Shown here: positions 1-12,738 of the stretch, one piece after another
How the letters are laid out: the number at the start of each line of letters is the position of its first letter
Numbering within the stretch: position 1 is the stretch's first letter
Made by a program: the position numbers and the translations under genes
The notes under the pieces: model-generated
Told to the model about the DNA's origin: nothing
What the model saw: only the letters and a program-made list of their open reading frames with translations
The model's database searches: none
Assembly: GCA_012295275.1 (NCBI GenBank)
Contig: CM022679.1
Location: 13,578,001 to 13,642,000 of the forward strand
DNA length: 64,000 bases
Reading direction: 5' to 3'
DNA from: Chrysomallon squamiferum
Taxonomy: Eukaryota > Animalia > Mollusca

Positions 1-499
1 CTATCTATCTATCTATTTATCTATTTATCTATCTAACTATGAAAAAGCAGTATTGCATGTTATACAGGAAAATCGGTGATACTATAGTATGTCAACCCTC
101 CCATAACTTTGTTAACGACATAACTATGTCTCTCCTCTAATTTCTATCCAGGCTCTATTTTAAAAACAGAAATGGAAAACCAAAATTTATGTATAGGACA
201 GATTAATATATTCCGTTTTATAAACATATTTTTATTTTATTATTATTGTTACTATTGCAATATTTTATTTATTATATAATATTTTTAATTTAACAATTTT
301 GACATAAAACCATCATTTGTTAACTTATGCTGATGTACTGAATATCTTACAAAGTAATATCTATATGCCATTATTTTATAATTAAAGCAAAAAAATTCAT
401 TAATGGTTCGTAATGTTTCGTAATGTCTTTATTTTATGTACTTTGTGATTAACGCGACACGTGATTATTTTGTCTGAATAAATCTGAACACACGTCATT

Positions 500-2020
500 T
501 TCCGCTTGAAACTTTGCCTCTACGTACTACTAAGTTATTCTGTGTTCAACTATACGATCGCGGCAGCCCCCTAAATTTTACAATTCACCCATAACTATAC
601 CCAACGTAGTCTACATTTTTATTTTTATTTTATTTTATTTTATTTTATTTTTATTTTATTTTATTTATTTTTTTATATTAAATCATATGAAAATGTAGAT
701 ATGTGTAATCAATGTTATCTGTATTTGCAGACGCAGTGACTGGCTTTTCTTTTCTTTCTCTTTCATTCTTTCTTTCTTTCTTTCTTATTTATTTATTTAT
801 TAATTATTTTTTTATGTAACTTTTTGTAAATTTGTTTGGATGTTTATTATTATTACTGTTATTATTACAATATTTTATTTATTTACATTAATTTTTTTTA
901 CCTAAAATCATCATTCACTTATGATCATGAACAGAATATCTTACAAAATAATATCTCTATGCCAGTATTTTATAATCAGTGAGAGAAGGTAAAAAAAAAA
1001 AAAATAATAATAAAAGAAAATAATGAATAAATAAAAATAAAAATAAAATGGTTTTTGAATGGTTCATAACGTCTTTATTTTATGTACTTTGTGATTATCT
1101 TGAAATACTTATAATATATATATAATTAAAAAAGTAAATAAAATATAGCAATAATAATAATAATAATTAACGTCTATTTAAAAAATAAAAAATAAAATAT
1201 TTATTATTTTTCTTTTTTATATATATATATCTATATATATAATTTCCGGTCTGGATTGATTTTTTTTTTTTTTTAAATCATAAGAAAATGTACATATGTG
1301 AAATCAATGTTATCTGTATTTGCAGACGCACTAACTGGCTTGGAAATTCCGAACTATTTATATCTCCTACGTGACAGATAAATCTGAACAAGCCGTAATT
1401 TCCGTCTCGAAACCTTGGCTCGACGTACACACTATTAAGTTATCCTGTTCAGGAAATATTCAAATATTCCTCGGAATACTCTTCAATTTAACTGATTCTT
1501 TCAGTCGAAAGTGAACATTAAAGAAAATCATTTCATAAAAGCAAATAAGTACACATCCAAGTAAGTCAAATTGCTTTTTTTTTTCGTGTGTGTGTGTCTT
1601 ACAAAACTTCCCGCTTGAAACCTTGCTTCTACGTACTATTAAGTTATTCTGTGTTCAACTATACGATCGCGGCAGCCCTCTCTCAATCCAATTTCCATCA
1701 AGGTAACAATAAATTTTACATACCTCATAACTATACCCAACGTAGTCTACATTTTTCTTCTGTTCCTTTTTCTTAACATATACCGTATGAAATTTCTTTA
1801 ATTTCTTTTTGTCTGTATAATGTTCTTATATTATTATATTTCCGTATTAAATAAATGTTATGTGTTCTTAAGTTTAATGTTTTGGTAAATTTGAGGGTTA
1901 ATATTTAGATTCGCGATTTCCCAGACTTTTGTATTAACTCTATTGCTCTATGAAATCGAGTGTCAACTGTAAATTATTAAAAATATTGTATAGAATTAAT
2001 TATCTGCATACTGTCTGTAT
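500..2020. repeat. Modular AT-rich complex repeat (representative copy; more at ~13200-16650, 25400-33400, 46400-49000, 50000-52600)
   Basis: Recurring modules such as 'gaaaccttgcctctacgtactattaagttattctgtgttcaactatacgatcgcggcag', 'ttggaaattccgaactatttatatc' and 'gagggttaatatttagattcgcgatttccc', in shuffled order. Confidence 0.85.
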
Positions 2021-2143
2021 AACTAAAGAGATATAAGCGTTCAGTCGTATCACTTAAATCAGGGGAGAGAGGGTCAGACAGCTATGCAGTGTTTTGTAGG
2101 AGGACCAAGATATCAAATGTATTACACACACACACATACACCC

Positions 2144-2145
<2 letters not shown>

Positions 2146-2227
<82 letters not shown>
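2146..2227. repeat. (TC)n microsatellite
   Basis: Pure TC run; the paralogue at 52725-52858 is longer. Confidence 0.95.
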
Positions 2228-2231
<4 letters not shown>

Positions 2232-2595
2232 CTATCTTCAGTAATATGATAAAATAACATGATAATTGTGAATAAACTATAATAAAACCACAATATCTAA
2301 CGATGATGTTAGATCAGGATTGCCATCGGACCGGATAGTTGGTGTTCAAGTGTTCAGTTGGTGGGCCTGACTGAAATACCCCGCGGCGCAAGTGTTGCCG
2401 ACCCCTGTCTTAATTCATGTTCCCACAGGTGTCAATCACTTCAGAACTTCAACCAATCAAAGCGCACTATTTCCATACACCCATAATATTTCATTTTCCG
2501 CCGCTATATTGTGTTTTTATGTTGTTTTTTGTTTAGTTCAGTTCTTCAGCAAGCGTTAATACTTCATTTGTTAGTAGGCATTATTCATAGACACA

Positions 2596-2700
2596 ATGGT
2601 GAAGCGATGTGCTTCGGGGACATGCAAATCGGATGAACGGACATATATACCGTGTCCGAAGCCGAAAACAACGAGAAAAATGCGGACGACAACATTCTGA
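2596..2700 (+). pseudogene. Degenerate THAP-like N-terminus of a DNA-transposon ORF
   Basis: MVKRCASGTCKSDER..., broken by a deletion relative to the 53189 copy. Confidence 0.45.
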
Positions 2701-2822
2701 AAAAAGAAGGTCTTTTATAAACATGACCATATTTTCAAATAATAATAATAATAATAGACATAATTCCTATATACGAATTACCTAAATATGAATAATGTAT
2801 ATGCCCATACACAGCAATGAAC

Positions 2823-3045
2823 AGAAGAAAAGAAGAAAGAAATGTTTTATTTCATGACACACTCAACACTTTTTATTTACGGTTATGTGGTGTCGGACAT
2901 ATGGTTAAGGACCACATTATATTGAGAGAGGAAACCCGCTGTTGCCACTTCATGGGCTACTATTTTTGATTAGCAGTACCATCGCACAGATAGGGTGGTA
3001 CATACCAATTATAGTGCACTGGTTGGACTAATGGATCCACAGACA
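2823..3045 (-). mobile_element. 5'-truncated SINE-like interspersed repeat with (TTTC)-type tail
   Basis: 'aagaaagaaatgttttattt..cactcaacac..tttatttacggttat..ggacatatggttaaggaccac..gagaggaaacccgctg..gccacttcatgggctac' resembles, from memory, an abundant gastropod SINE. Second copy at 53455-53665. Confidence 0.7.
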
Positions 3046-3645
3046 GTGTTAAAAAAACGAAAAACAGTAATGTGTGTGTGTGTTGCATATGACCAAAATT
3101 GGTTTTGAGGTGAATTCAAACTAAACAGCTGGACGATTTATTGTAAAAGTTCAACTATTACAAATAGTCATGAAAAGACACGTGTGATATTTCTTATATT
3201 CTGGTTTGTTACTTTTCTTTTTTTCTTTGTAATAAACCATGCTGCAATATCAGTTTAATACCAAAATACACTCATCCAGCTTTACAGGAGCATTTAGCCT
3301 CTGATATCTGTTTTGTCACCAAGCAAACCTGAATATGTGGTTTGTGTGTCGAGTCGTTTTTCATCATGGAACACCAGCATCTCGCATTCACTTTCGGTTA
3401 ATTTTTGTCGGAAATTTTTTATATCATTGATGTAGCCTTGTCGTCGATGCAGATATAATGGACTGATAGCTACAGTTTGTGAGACAACATTAAAAAATAA
3501 TAATAATAAAAAACAAAAATGAAGAAAATTATTATTTAAGGCCAGATAGCAGAGACATAAATGGACATAACTGAAAAATATGCAGAATATATATATAATA
3601 CGTACGTGTTTGTGAGTGTATGTATGTATATACATATATATGTTG

Positions 3646-3833
3646 TTTAGGATTTTGAATATTCTCTGTGAAATCTACGTCTGACTAGACTCTTCACAGA
3701 CAATATTCGGGAACGCTGTGGCGCAGGAGGATAAAGTCCAGTCACGACTTCAAACCCTCGTCAGATGCCGCTGATGAGACTCGAACGTATGACACCCTAT
3801 CGCTCGCACTACCGTTCGGTCATCAAGACCACC
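3646..3833 (-). mobile_element. tRNA-derived SINE (family 2)
   Basis: The minus strand shows an A-box-like 'TGAYCGAACGG' and B-box 'GTTCGAGTC', then a body ending at CATA/TACA repeats. Five copies in the window. Confidence 0.7.
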
Positions 3834-3860
3834 TTTATATATGTGCGTGTGTATATAACT

Positions 3861-3891
<31 letters not shown>

Positions 3892-3909
3892 CAGGTACTT
3901 CTATGTCTG

Positions 3910-3950
<41 letters not shown>

Positions 3951-3967
3951 GTTTGTATGTATGTATG

Positions 3968-3998
<31 letters not shown>

Positions 3999-4122
3999 GT
4001 AAGTAAGTAAGTAAGTATGTATGTATGTATGTATGTATGTATTTTCGCATAACCAAATACACTCTTTAACTGGAATTTAGAGAAATAATAACAGTACAGT
4101 TTTATTTTCAGAAGTAATCAAT

Positions 4123-4288
4123 ATGACACATGGAACAACGTTTAGATGTGGCCTCAACTATGTATGTGATGAGATAGAACAGTATTGTGTACCTGAAGAC
4201 AACAAGTGCTATTACTGCAAAGACATCAGTGATTTGTGCTTCACAACACGTTTGAATTTCCCTAAACAGTGTACTCGTTTCTGTAAAG
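4123..4288 (+). CDS. TNFR-like receptor copy A, Cys-rich-domain exon
   Basis: Acceptor ttttattttcag ends at 4111, ATG at 4123, donor G|gtagg at 4289. MTHGTTFRCGLNYVCDEIEQYCVPEDNKCYYCKDISDLCFTTRLNFPKQCTRFCK; 8 Cys; phase 1. Confidence 0.85.
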
Positions 4289-5429
4289 GTAGGTAGATGT
4301 GTATGTATGTATGTGAGTTTGTGTGTGTGTGTATGTTTAGTTGTATGTATGTGTGTGTGTGTAGTTGTGTGTATGTCTGTGTATGTGTCCTTTGTCTGTT
4401 AGTATCCACATGAATGTTTTTGAATATTTATGCATGAGTATGTGTATAAAGGTTTCTAATAAAAAATATTTTTGCTCTATGTATGTATTTCACAGATTAT
4501 ATTTGTATTTTGGTTTTGTTTCAGCTTTCCTTTATAATCAGACAAAGACAGGTAAAGCTTTGTATTATTACAGCCAAAAACTTATAAATGTTTGTGTGTG
4601 TATATCTAAGATTGTGTGTGTGTGTTTGTGTGTGTCTATATAGCTACATATGTTTATGTGGATATATGTGTGTATGAATGCATATATGTATGTACGTTTG
4701 TGTGTGTGTGTGTGTGTTTAAGAATTAAAAAACAGATTTTCTAATTTAATCTCAGCGGATTCAAGTTGACTTAAAGTTGATCATGTAATGTATATTATAG
4801 GGTGCTTTGGTCCTTTGGCTATATATTTGTGTATGAGAGAGAGAGAGTGTGTGTGTGTGTGTGTGTGTGTTTATTAGTTATAAAGGTTTCTAATTAAAAA
4901 TATTTTTTTGCTATTTGTATGTTTTAAAATGTTTCTATAAAGCAGGTCTTTCTAGGCTAAATGATACTATATTTTATAACAGTACTGTAACATTTTTATT
5001 ATGTGTCTCGTTATTTGATAAATAAATAAATAAATAAGTAAATAAATAAATAAACAGAAAAACAATCAAATAAACAAATGAATAAATAAACTCACAGATC
5101 TTCACAAAATTACAGCTACAACTTTTGTGTTTTTGATCTCATTTTATACACAGTAACAACTTTTCTCTGTGTTTATTTCACCAGATTATATTTATTATTT
5201 GCTTTTGTTTCAGATTTCGTTGGCAATCAAATAACAGAAAGTAAGGCTTATTATTACTACAGTCATGAAATAATAAATGCTTGTGTATGCATATCTGTGC
5301 GTATGTGTATGTATGTATGTATGCATGCACATACGTATGTGTATTTGTATGTACGCATGCACGTATGTATGTGTATTTGTATGTATTATGTATGTTTGTA
5401 TGTATGTATATAAGTATGTATATATGTAG

Positions 5430-5624
5430 TTTAGGATTTTTAATATTCAGTGTCTTATGTACGTCTGAATAGACTTTGCACATAGACAATATTCGGGAAC
5501 GCACTGGTACAATCTCGACCTCACAAACCCCGTCAGATGCCGCTGACGAGACTCGAACTTATGACATCCATTCGCTCGCACTCCGAATGCTGACGATGTT
5601 ACCGTTCGGCAATCAAACAACCCT
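5430..5624 (-). mobile_element. tRNA-derived SINE (family 2) in an intron of copy A
   Basis: Same A/B-box head and body as 3646-3833. Confidence 0.7.
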
Positions 5625-6057
5625 GTATATATGAGGATATATGAATGCATGTATGTATGTATGTATGTATGTATGTATGTATGTATGTATGTATGTATGT
5701 ATGTATGTATGTATGTATGTATGTATGCATTTATGTATGTATATATGTATATATGTATTACGGCAGTGTTTGTGTATGTATGTTTGTATGTCTGCTTGTA
5801 TATATGTTTTTGTGATTATTTATATATGTATAGTATGAATGCGTGCGTGTGGATGTGTATGTATGAATGTATGTATATAGTTTATGGCAGTCAAAGTGTA
5901 TATGTGTTTGTGTGTGTGTATATATGTATTTGTGTGTATATATGTGTGTATGTATGTATATGTACAAAGGGAGCAGTCGAGTTTGCTTGATAAAAATGGA
6001 TAAATTTATAGTTTTTTCTAAAGGTGATGTTACAAAGTTACTTTGATTGTATTTCAG

Positions 6058-6223
6058 ATCTTCCACAGAATAACGAGGTCCTTTATACAGCACTTTTCAT
6101 AGCATGTCTAATAGCACTAGTAGTATTATCAGCTGCAGCTGTACTGGTTTTCCTAAAACGGAGAAGACTGAGTAAGAACAAACATGAACACGATGTTGAA
6201 AAAGTTGAAGAACAAACACACAG

Positions 6224-6255
<32 letters not shown>

Positions 6256-6329
6256 ACACACACACACATGTACACCATACACATACAAACACACACACAC
6301 AATACTGCACATGTTTCAGTTCAGATTAA
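6058..6329 (+). CDS. TNFR-like copy A, transmembrane exon (normal donor deleted; reads into (CA)n, or ends at cryptic donor 6171)
   Basis: Acceptor atttcag ends at 6057. DLPQNNEVLYTALFIACLIALVVLSAAAVLVFLKRRRL: hydrophobic helix plus basic stop-transfer, in frame with the CRD exon. Confidence 0.75.
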
Positions 6330-6529
6330 TTTCAAATTCTGTCAAAATACATACATTTTTTGTTACATGCCAGTCAATGGTCAAAATGCACTGCGTATTC
6401 TTTCAATATTTTATTTGTTTCTTCTAACCTCTTTTTGTTAATAATAAAGAATGGATAGAACATGCGAACTCCGACATTTCCTTCCTTTCTAAATGCCTGT
6501 ATGACTGGATATCTACCTGCACATATATA

Positions 6530-7255
6530 CAGTGGTACCTATATACGAGCGAGCTTCAGATACGTCGCCTCCAGTTTGCGCAATGAACAATATAACACCC
6601 AGCCAGCATCCCGCGTCTCACTCGTTTACTTTCCGTGGTTACTCGCCGCGGAAGCATCTCTGTGGTGTTGTCATCGGGTTTTGTGCAGCATTTTGCCAAA
6701 TTTCTTTTTTCTGACCATCAATCCTAAGAAAGTGAGTGCAAAATGCAAAGGACATTGCTGAGAAGAAGAAGGTGATGATGTCCATTGAATTAAAGCTTGA
6801 ATTCATAGAAAAACATGAGAGAGGTGTGCATATAGTCAACTTGGCTAGGCAGTACGAGCGTAGTACTTCTAGATATGTCTTCATACTGAAGCTGAGAGAG
6901 TCGATAAAGGCTGTTACTCCAGCCATAGGCTTTAAAATAGTTTGTCTGATCTCCAAGATAAATATACTTTACAAAACTAGTTTCTTTCGTTACATTCTCT
7001 TTTATTTTGTTTTTATACAATATTTGTCATTTATAAATATAGTTACAAAAATATAAAAAACAAAACAACAACAACAAAAAAACAACAATAAAAGACAACT
7101 GAAAAAACAAAACAAATGGGGTGGTTTTGGGGGGATTTAGAACGGATTAATGGTATTTCAATTAATTTCAGTTGGGAAAATTGATTTGATATATGAGCAA
7201 ATTGAGTTGCGAACTCTGTCTCGGAACAAATTAAACTCGTAAGTCAAAGTGACTG
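6530..7255 (+). mobile_element. Internally deleted Tigger/pogo DNA transposon
   Basis: TA|cagtggtacct 5' end and ...actg 3' end. Degenerate HTH_psq-like peptide PKKVSAK/AEKKKVMMSIELKLEFIEKHERGVHIVNLARQYERSTS. Absent from the same intron of copy D. Confidence 0.8.
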
Positions 7256-8231
7256 TTATGAAAATGTTTCTATCAATTTGTAAGATTTCCCAAATGTGTG
7301 AGTCTATTCTTAAGATTTTCCAAATGTCTGAGTTTGTATTTAAATGCATTTAGTGAATGTTCCTGCTGTTTTAGTACTTTCCAAAGTCTGTCAGTGTGTG
7401 ATTGTGACAAGCATCCTTGAGAATAGCTTGATCCTATTAATGTTTACTTTTTTCACTTCCTCACTCATGCATACATCATTCACTAACCCATCCACTGACT
7501 TACTCACTCGCACATGTATGTGTGTATATATATATATATACACACATACACACGTACATATATTATAAATGCAGGAAATAATAATTACTGAATCATATTG
7601 GTCTTCTCCATACAAATAACCTTTAAAGTATGAATCCATGCTAATTTGGATATAGACAAGTCTTTTTCTGACAACTTATAACAAATCAGTCCTCAACAAA
7701 GAAAATGATGTCGTCATCACTGATGCAAATAAAGGTTACATTACTGATCAAGTTTCGTGATAGTATATTTTTACTATCATTAGCAAAGTTTAGTTGTCAT
7801 TTATTTAAAACAAAAAAACAAAAACAAAAAAACAAACAAACCAAAAACTATAAATTAGGAGATACACTGAATGTTTTCTTGTCAAAGTAGATGCCTATAT
7901 TTAGGTTAATTTGAAAACAAAATATTAATGTCTTGCTGTGTCGCTGCTGTAAAATATTAATTTTTGTTCAGTTCATAACAATTTCTGACTTATGCTATTA
8001 CATGTATTTCAGAATAATTGTGACAATAATATTAAGGCTATCTAAAATTTGTAGATGAAATGTGATTGGTATGAGTTGTACAATGAAACAGTAATTTCTT
8101 AGTAGTATATTTTTATATTTTTAACAATGTTTATTTCATTTTCTTTTTTTTTCTTCTTTTTTTTCTCTTTCATAGAGTTATATTAAGTGACTAATAAAAG
8201 ATATGAGTATATTCAGTTTTAATATTTCTAG

Positions 8232-8395
8232 GGAACAAGATGGGGTTGCAGAACGTGTGTGCTGAATCACAGATAGAGGCAGGAGATGGAGCTGGGGACA
8301 CAGATACAACAACTTTGTGTCAGGCAGTTCCCAACGGGAACATCCACTGCAGCAGTGACGAAGAAGAAGGAGAGGATGTCGATGCTAAGAACTGA
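8232..8395 (+). CDS. TNFR-like copy A, terminal cytoplasmic exon (truncated by deletion)
   Basis: Acceptor tttctag ends at 8231, phase 1. NKMGLQNVCAESQIEAGDGAGDTDTTTLCQAVPNGNIHCSSDEEEGEDVDAKN*; homologous to 58555-58931. Confidence 0.65.
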
Positions 8396-8926
8396 AACCG
8401 TATATATTTTATTTTATAAACGGAATTTGTAAAAGCGAAATAAAAAAATATATATTTTATTTTATTTATTTATTTATTTATTTATTTTATTTATTTTATC
8501 TGTTTGTTTTATTTATTTTACTTATTTTATTTTTATTCATTCAATAATTTAATTTTTAATTTTATTATTTTTTATTTTATTATATATTTATTTTATTTTA
8601 TTTATATATTAATTTTATTTTATTTTATTTTATATTTATTTTATTTTATTTATTTATTAATTTAATTTAATTTTATTCATTCATTGATTTAAGCTTGTGA
8701 AATTGTGTACTTGTTCTATCATAACTAATATACTACTGTTGTTCTAGATAAAATGTCCGACTTATTTAGTATAAGATTAATAATTTGTAATGAATATAAC
8801 TAATTTATGCAGAATTAGAAAACAAATAATAGAGAATACAAAATATTCACTGTTAAAATAGTGTAACAAGCCATACCAAAAAAATATTTTCTTCTTTCTT
8901 CTTCACTAGCTACAGATAACTAGGTT

Positions 8927-9006
<80 letters not shown>

Positions 9007-9043
9007 TTTAATGAGAGGTAATTATATAAATTGAAATACCCAC

Positions 9044-9156
9044 CTCCTTTAAATGGAACAAGGGCACATTTAGAAATTTCCCTGATAGACTTCAGTTCCA
9101 TACATCCTTTCTTGTTTTTCCTACTTCAATACAGTGTCCATAACCATCGCTGCAAG
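9044..9156 (-). pseudogene. Frameshifted copy of the antisense Cys-rich module exon
   Basis: 113 nt versus 117 nt for the intact copy at 40845-40961; splice sites retained. Confidence 0.6.
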
Positions 9157-9401
9157 CTGATAGAACAACAGTATAATTAACTTAGTATTAACATATTTGA
9201 TTATTGTAGACATATTAGTTTTGTTTGTGGTATGTATATTATTATTATATATTAATATTTTGTTTTGAAGTGTCTGGCTTATCAGTATATAATTTATGCT
9301 TCAGTGATAATTATGTCAAGGGTTCACTGTAAAAGTGTACATGAATTCATTCCAAAAACACTGGGAGAAATCTTCTTGGATCCGAATGAGATCACAAATA
9401 T

Positions 9402-9516
9402 TATTTTACACCGGCACCATCTAAATTAAGTTTGTATGATGGTATCAGATACCAGTGAAACAGACAAGATTAAATCCTCGCCAGACTATCCTTGGTCTAC
9501 ACCATGGTGTAAAATA
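9402..9516. repeat. Short element bounded by inverted repeats tattttacacc...ggtgtaaaata (possible mini-MITE)
   Basis: 11-bp perfect IR; related copies near 41735, 43395 and 61058. Confidence 0.4.
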
Positions 9517-11179
9517 GCTCTTTATATTCCTGGGAATATTTTGGCTTTACAGATTATACCCGATCATACGCTCTTATGTTATTCATAAGTTGGTCTGTGT
9601 TTAAATGTTCTTTACAAGATAACATGAATGACACGATACAGTCAGTTTAAACAACGCACAATTCACATAAGATCTTGAGAATGACTCGGATCACTTCAGA
9701 GATGTAATGAGGGTTTAGATATAATTATAGGTTTCTTAGATCATTTATCAATAAACAACAACAAAAAAAAATGGTTTAGATCATTTATTTGCTAAATCAC
9801 CATATCCATTTGCACTGAATAAAAAGCTCAGTAAAACAAAAATATTACATGTAAATATTCGGAAGTTTTCATAAAATGTATGTCTGATCCATACTTTGTT
9901 ATAGTTTGTGACATAAGTTTAATTCTTGAAGTGTAAAAAGATCCTGAACTTTGAGAATATTTAGTGTTTTTATAAACTGATTCTGTGGGAGCAGCCAGAA
10001 TATATTCTAGGCGTAAACAGTCTAGTACTCTTTAACCCCAGGGATAGTTTGGACAGGGGATATGCATCTTGGGCTGTTTGACAGCTAAAGTACACGAAAA
10101 GAACAAAAACTTGCTATATCTAATTCTTCTTTTGTATTGCTGTTGTTATTGTTGTAATAATTGTAATAGTACTGTGATAGTGTTCGCGTTTGCTTTACTT
10201 TGTCAGCTTTATGTTTTTCTAATTATAATAAATAAAGTTTGAATAGCTTTATTATTTGTTATTATTGCTTGTTATTGTTCCTTCTGTTATTGTTATTGTT
10301 GTTATTATTAGTATTTGTTGTTGTTGTTGTTGCACCATGTCTAGCGTAGCGTTTAGCGCTTAACCCTTTCACTCCTAGACTTTAAGCATGATAAAGATAT
10401 CAAAGTTCGCTTAAAATTTTATTTTATTTTATTTTACTTTTCAATGGGGTGGATACCGACGAGACAAATTTAATGTTCAGTGAACAGATTACTTGTCCTT
10501 ATTTCACTGTCATGGATTATGAGGCATTACGCACTATTAAAAAAATCAATCACATCAGGCAAACACATCTTATACAAAACCGTAACAATAAATAAACAAA
10601 TTAATTCACTTACAGATTGACTGGTTGAGCAGCTGATTGATCTATCGATGGATCTGCTGATTGACGAATTAATTGACTAGCTGATTAAACTAATCAAAAT
10701 AAATGAATAAATTAAAAAAATAACAATAATAAAAAAAATTAATAATAAAAATACCTACTTTCAGACTAAAGGACCTGATACTAACCAGGTTATCGGAACT
10801 TAACTTTCTTATTCTTATTCTTTTCATGTGTACAACTAAATTATCGTTTCACGCTTGAAAAAGAGGAAATAAAAATTAAACAACCTAACATAGGTCAAAT
10901 GAAAGTTTGCCTACACTTGTAGATACATTCAGCACAAACTGACTACTACTGTCTTTAATTACTGATGTTGTTCACGTGTCGGTAATATTTTTTGAAACTG
11001 CCCAAAATTAAAAATTAAATTTGGGATATGTTGGATGATAAAGAAACAGCCAGCAAGGAGATGAAAATGTCAAGAGTGCCCAAGAGCTGAACAGCAAATA
11101 GGACTTGACCGTCACGAATCTCGTTATGAAAAGAACAAACTGAACGAAAACAAGAAAAACGAGTTCGTTACGATTCCAT

Positions 11180-11424
11180 CTGCTCGACTCTCTCTTTTGT
11201 CCTTTCTCTTTCCTTCCCCAAACTCTTTTCTGCGACACACACGCCCTCTGGCCCGTCAGAAAGAGGGCTGTCGTAGACGTGCTTCACAACAGCCTGCTCT
11301 GATTAGCACGTTAATTGTTTGCACAGTCTGTAATTAAGCAGAGAAGGAAAAGGCCAACACGAGAGCACAGTCAGGCGGGGAAACCAATGTTTCTGAAATT
11401 ACATTGTCTTCACGGACGACTATG
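11180..11424 (+). promoter_or_regulatory. Candidate promoter / 5' non-coding exon of receptor copy B
   Basis: Locally GC/CpG-richer island ending in strong donor ATG|gtaagc at 11425. Paralogue at 62850-63096. No transcript evidence. Confidence 0.35.
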
Positions 11425-12104
11425 GTAAGCAATTGTCTATTCTTATTTTGGTAGGGTGTAATGTGCAGTTAACCTGTGTCAACAACATTTATTATATCTA
11501 AAATTTTAATTGTTTAATCTGTCCTCCGTGTAGATTCTTATTTTATCTTTGTTCCTCGTATGGCCTTACTCGTGTTATTAAACAAAATTACTTAAATATA
11601 TGTTGTATTGATTATATAGAGTATTATTATCAAGTCACCTCTAGATTATAATTAAATAATTAACATGTATCTTAACTTGTGTTGTGTTTATTTCTCTTGT
11701 GGATAGATAGACTTATTGATTTATATAGACTGCTGTCAATTTAGCGTTTAAATTCCTTGTTAAGTGGCCATTAAAGAACCTTGTTACCCTTAATGTAACA
11801 TCTAAGATGTTTAATGTTTTATATACATACATAAATATTTACATACATATATACATACATACATATTTATTTTTTGTTTCTGTGAATGTTTTATATAGTC
11901 TAAGCTTCTTAAAATATATGCAGATAATTATAGTTGTTTTTAAATTTTATTATTATTTCATGTATATCTATAGATATAAAGTTACGAGTCAAGTCTTAAT
12001 ATTTGTGACATTTTCTATATTTTCGAAAGAAATTTAAAAAAAATATTTAAAAGTAATAAAAATAAATAAATAATATTAATAATATAAAATAAAATAAAAT
12101 AAAA

Positions 12105-12163
<59 letters not shown>

Positions 12164-12695
12164 ACAATGATAAAATAATAATAAAAAAATGTTTTATAAA
12201 TTAAATAGTACTAAGTATATTAAATAAATAAATTGGTCGCTTATCTTGATCTTTAATAGTGTACCGTTTCTTTGTAATATCTTATTTCGTACAATGACGT
12301 ATGGGGTCACCTCACTGTGCCCGCACCTATTGTTATATATTACTGAGGCAGTCAAGGATAGCAAATGATAAAACAGTAGGGGATTACAGTATAGTTTATT
12401 TTCCAAAAGACCAACAGTGCATTAACATTTTACAGTCCAACAAAATGGGAGATGGAATCAGCATATTCTGTTGCAGATTACTGCCATGTGAAGAGGAACA
12501 TTTGCTGTAGGCGTATGTCAGACTGCGGGCACAGTGAGGTTAAACCTCTAACACCACAAGTGTAAACTATTAAAGCGTACCTGTGGGTCTGATAAACTGT
12601 GTGATAAAATTCTTAATACTTATACTAATGTTTTGATAGGCGAACGGTCTTTAATAGCAAAGTTTAACAATAATAATAATAGTAATAATAATAAT

Positions 12696-12738
<43 letters not shown>

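Larger units (their letters stand above)
1..12190. repeat. Segmental duplication copy 1 (paralogue at ~50525-64000)
   Basis: Near-identical blocks: pos 41 'gaaaaagcagtattgc' = 50565; ORF 1588 matches the end of ORF 52142; ORF 11807 = ORF 63710 (identical peptide). The middle part is more divergent and mosaic. Confidence 0.9.

Noticed and set aside
1340-1351. NF-kB-like 'tggaaattcc' motif repeated in the modules
   Set aside because: Imperfect match whose multiplicity comes from repeat amplification; no independent support.
1588-1776. Recurrent 62-aa ORF (KPCxYVLLSYSVFNYT...) in several places
   Set aside because: Part of the modular repeat; non-ATG starts, indels between copies and no splice signals.
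2054-2293. Poly-RE / poly-SL ORFs (also 52662-52924)
   Set aside because: (TC)n microsatellite artefacts.
3334-3400. Possible upstream signal-peptide exon (ATG TGG TTT...|gtaatt)
   Set aside because: Not hydrophobic, wrong phase, and partly deleted in the paralogue at ~53975.
3765-6093. Many ORFs rich in CVCV/MYVC/HTHT (also at 17-18 kb, 35-38 kb and 54-56 kb)
   Set aside because: Translations of (TG)n, (TATG)n and (CA)n microsatellites; no domain structure.
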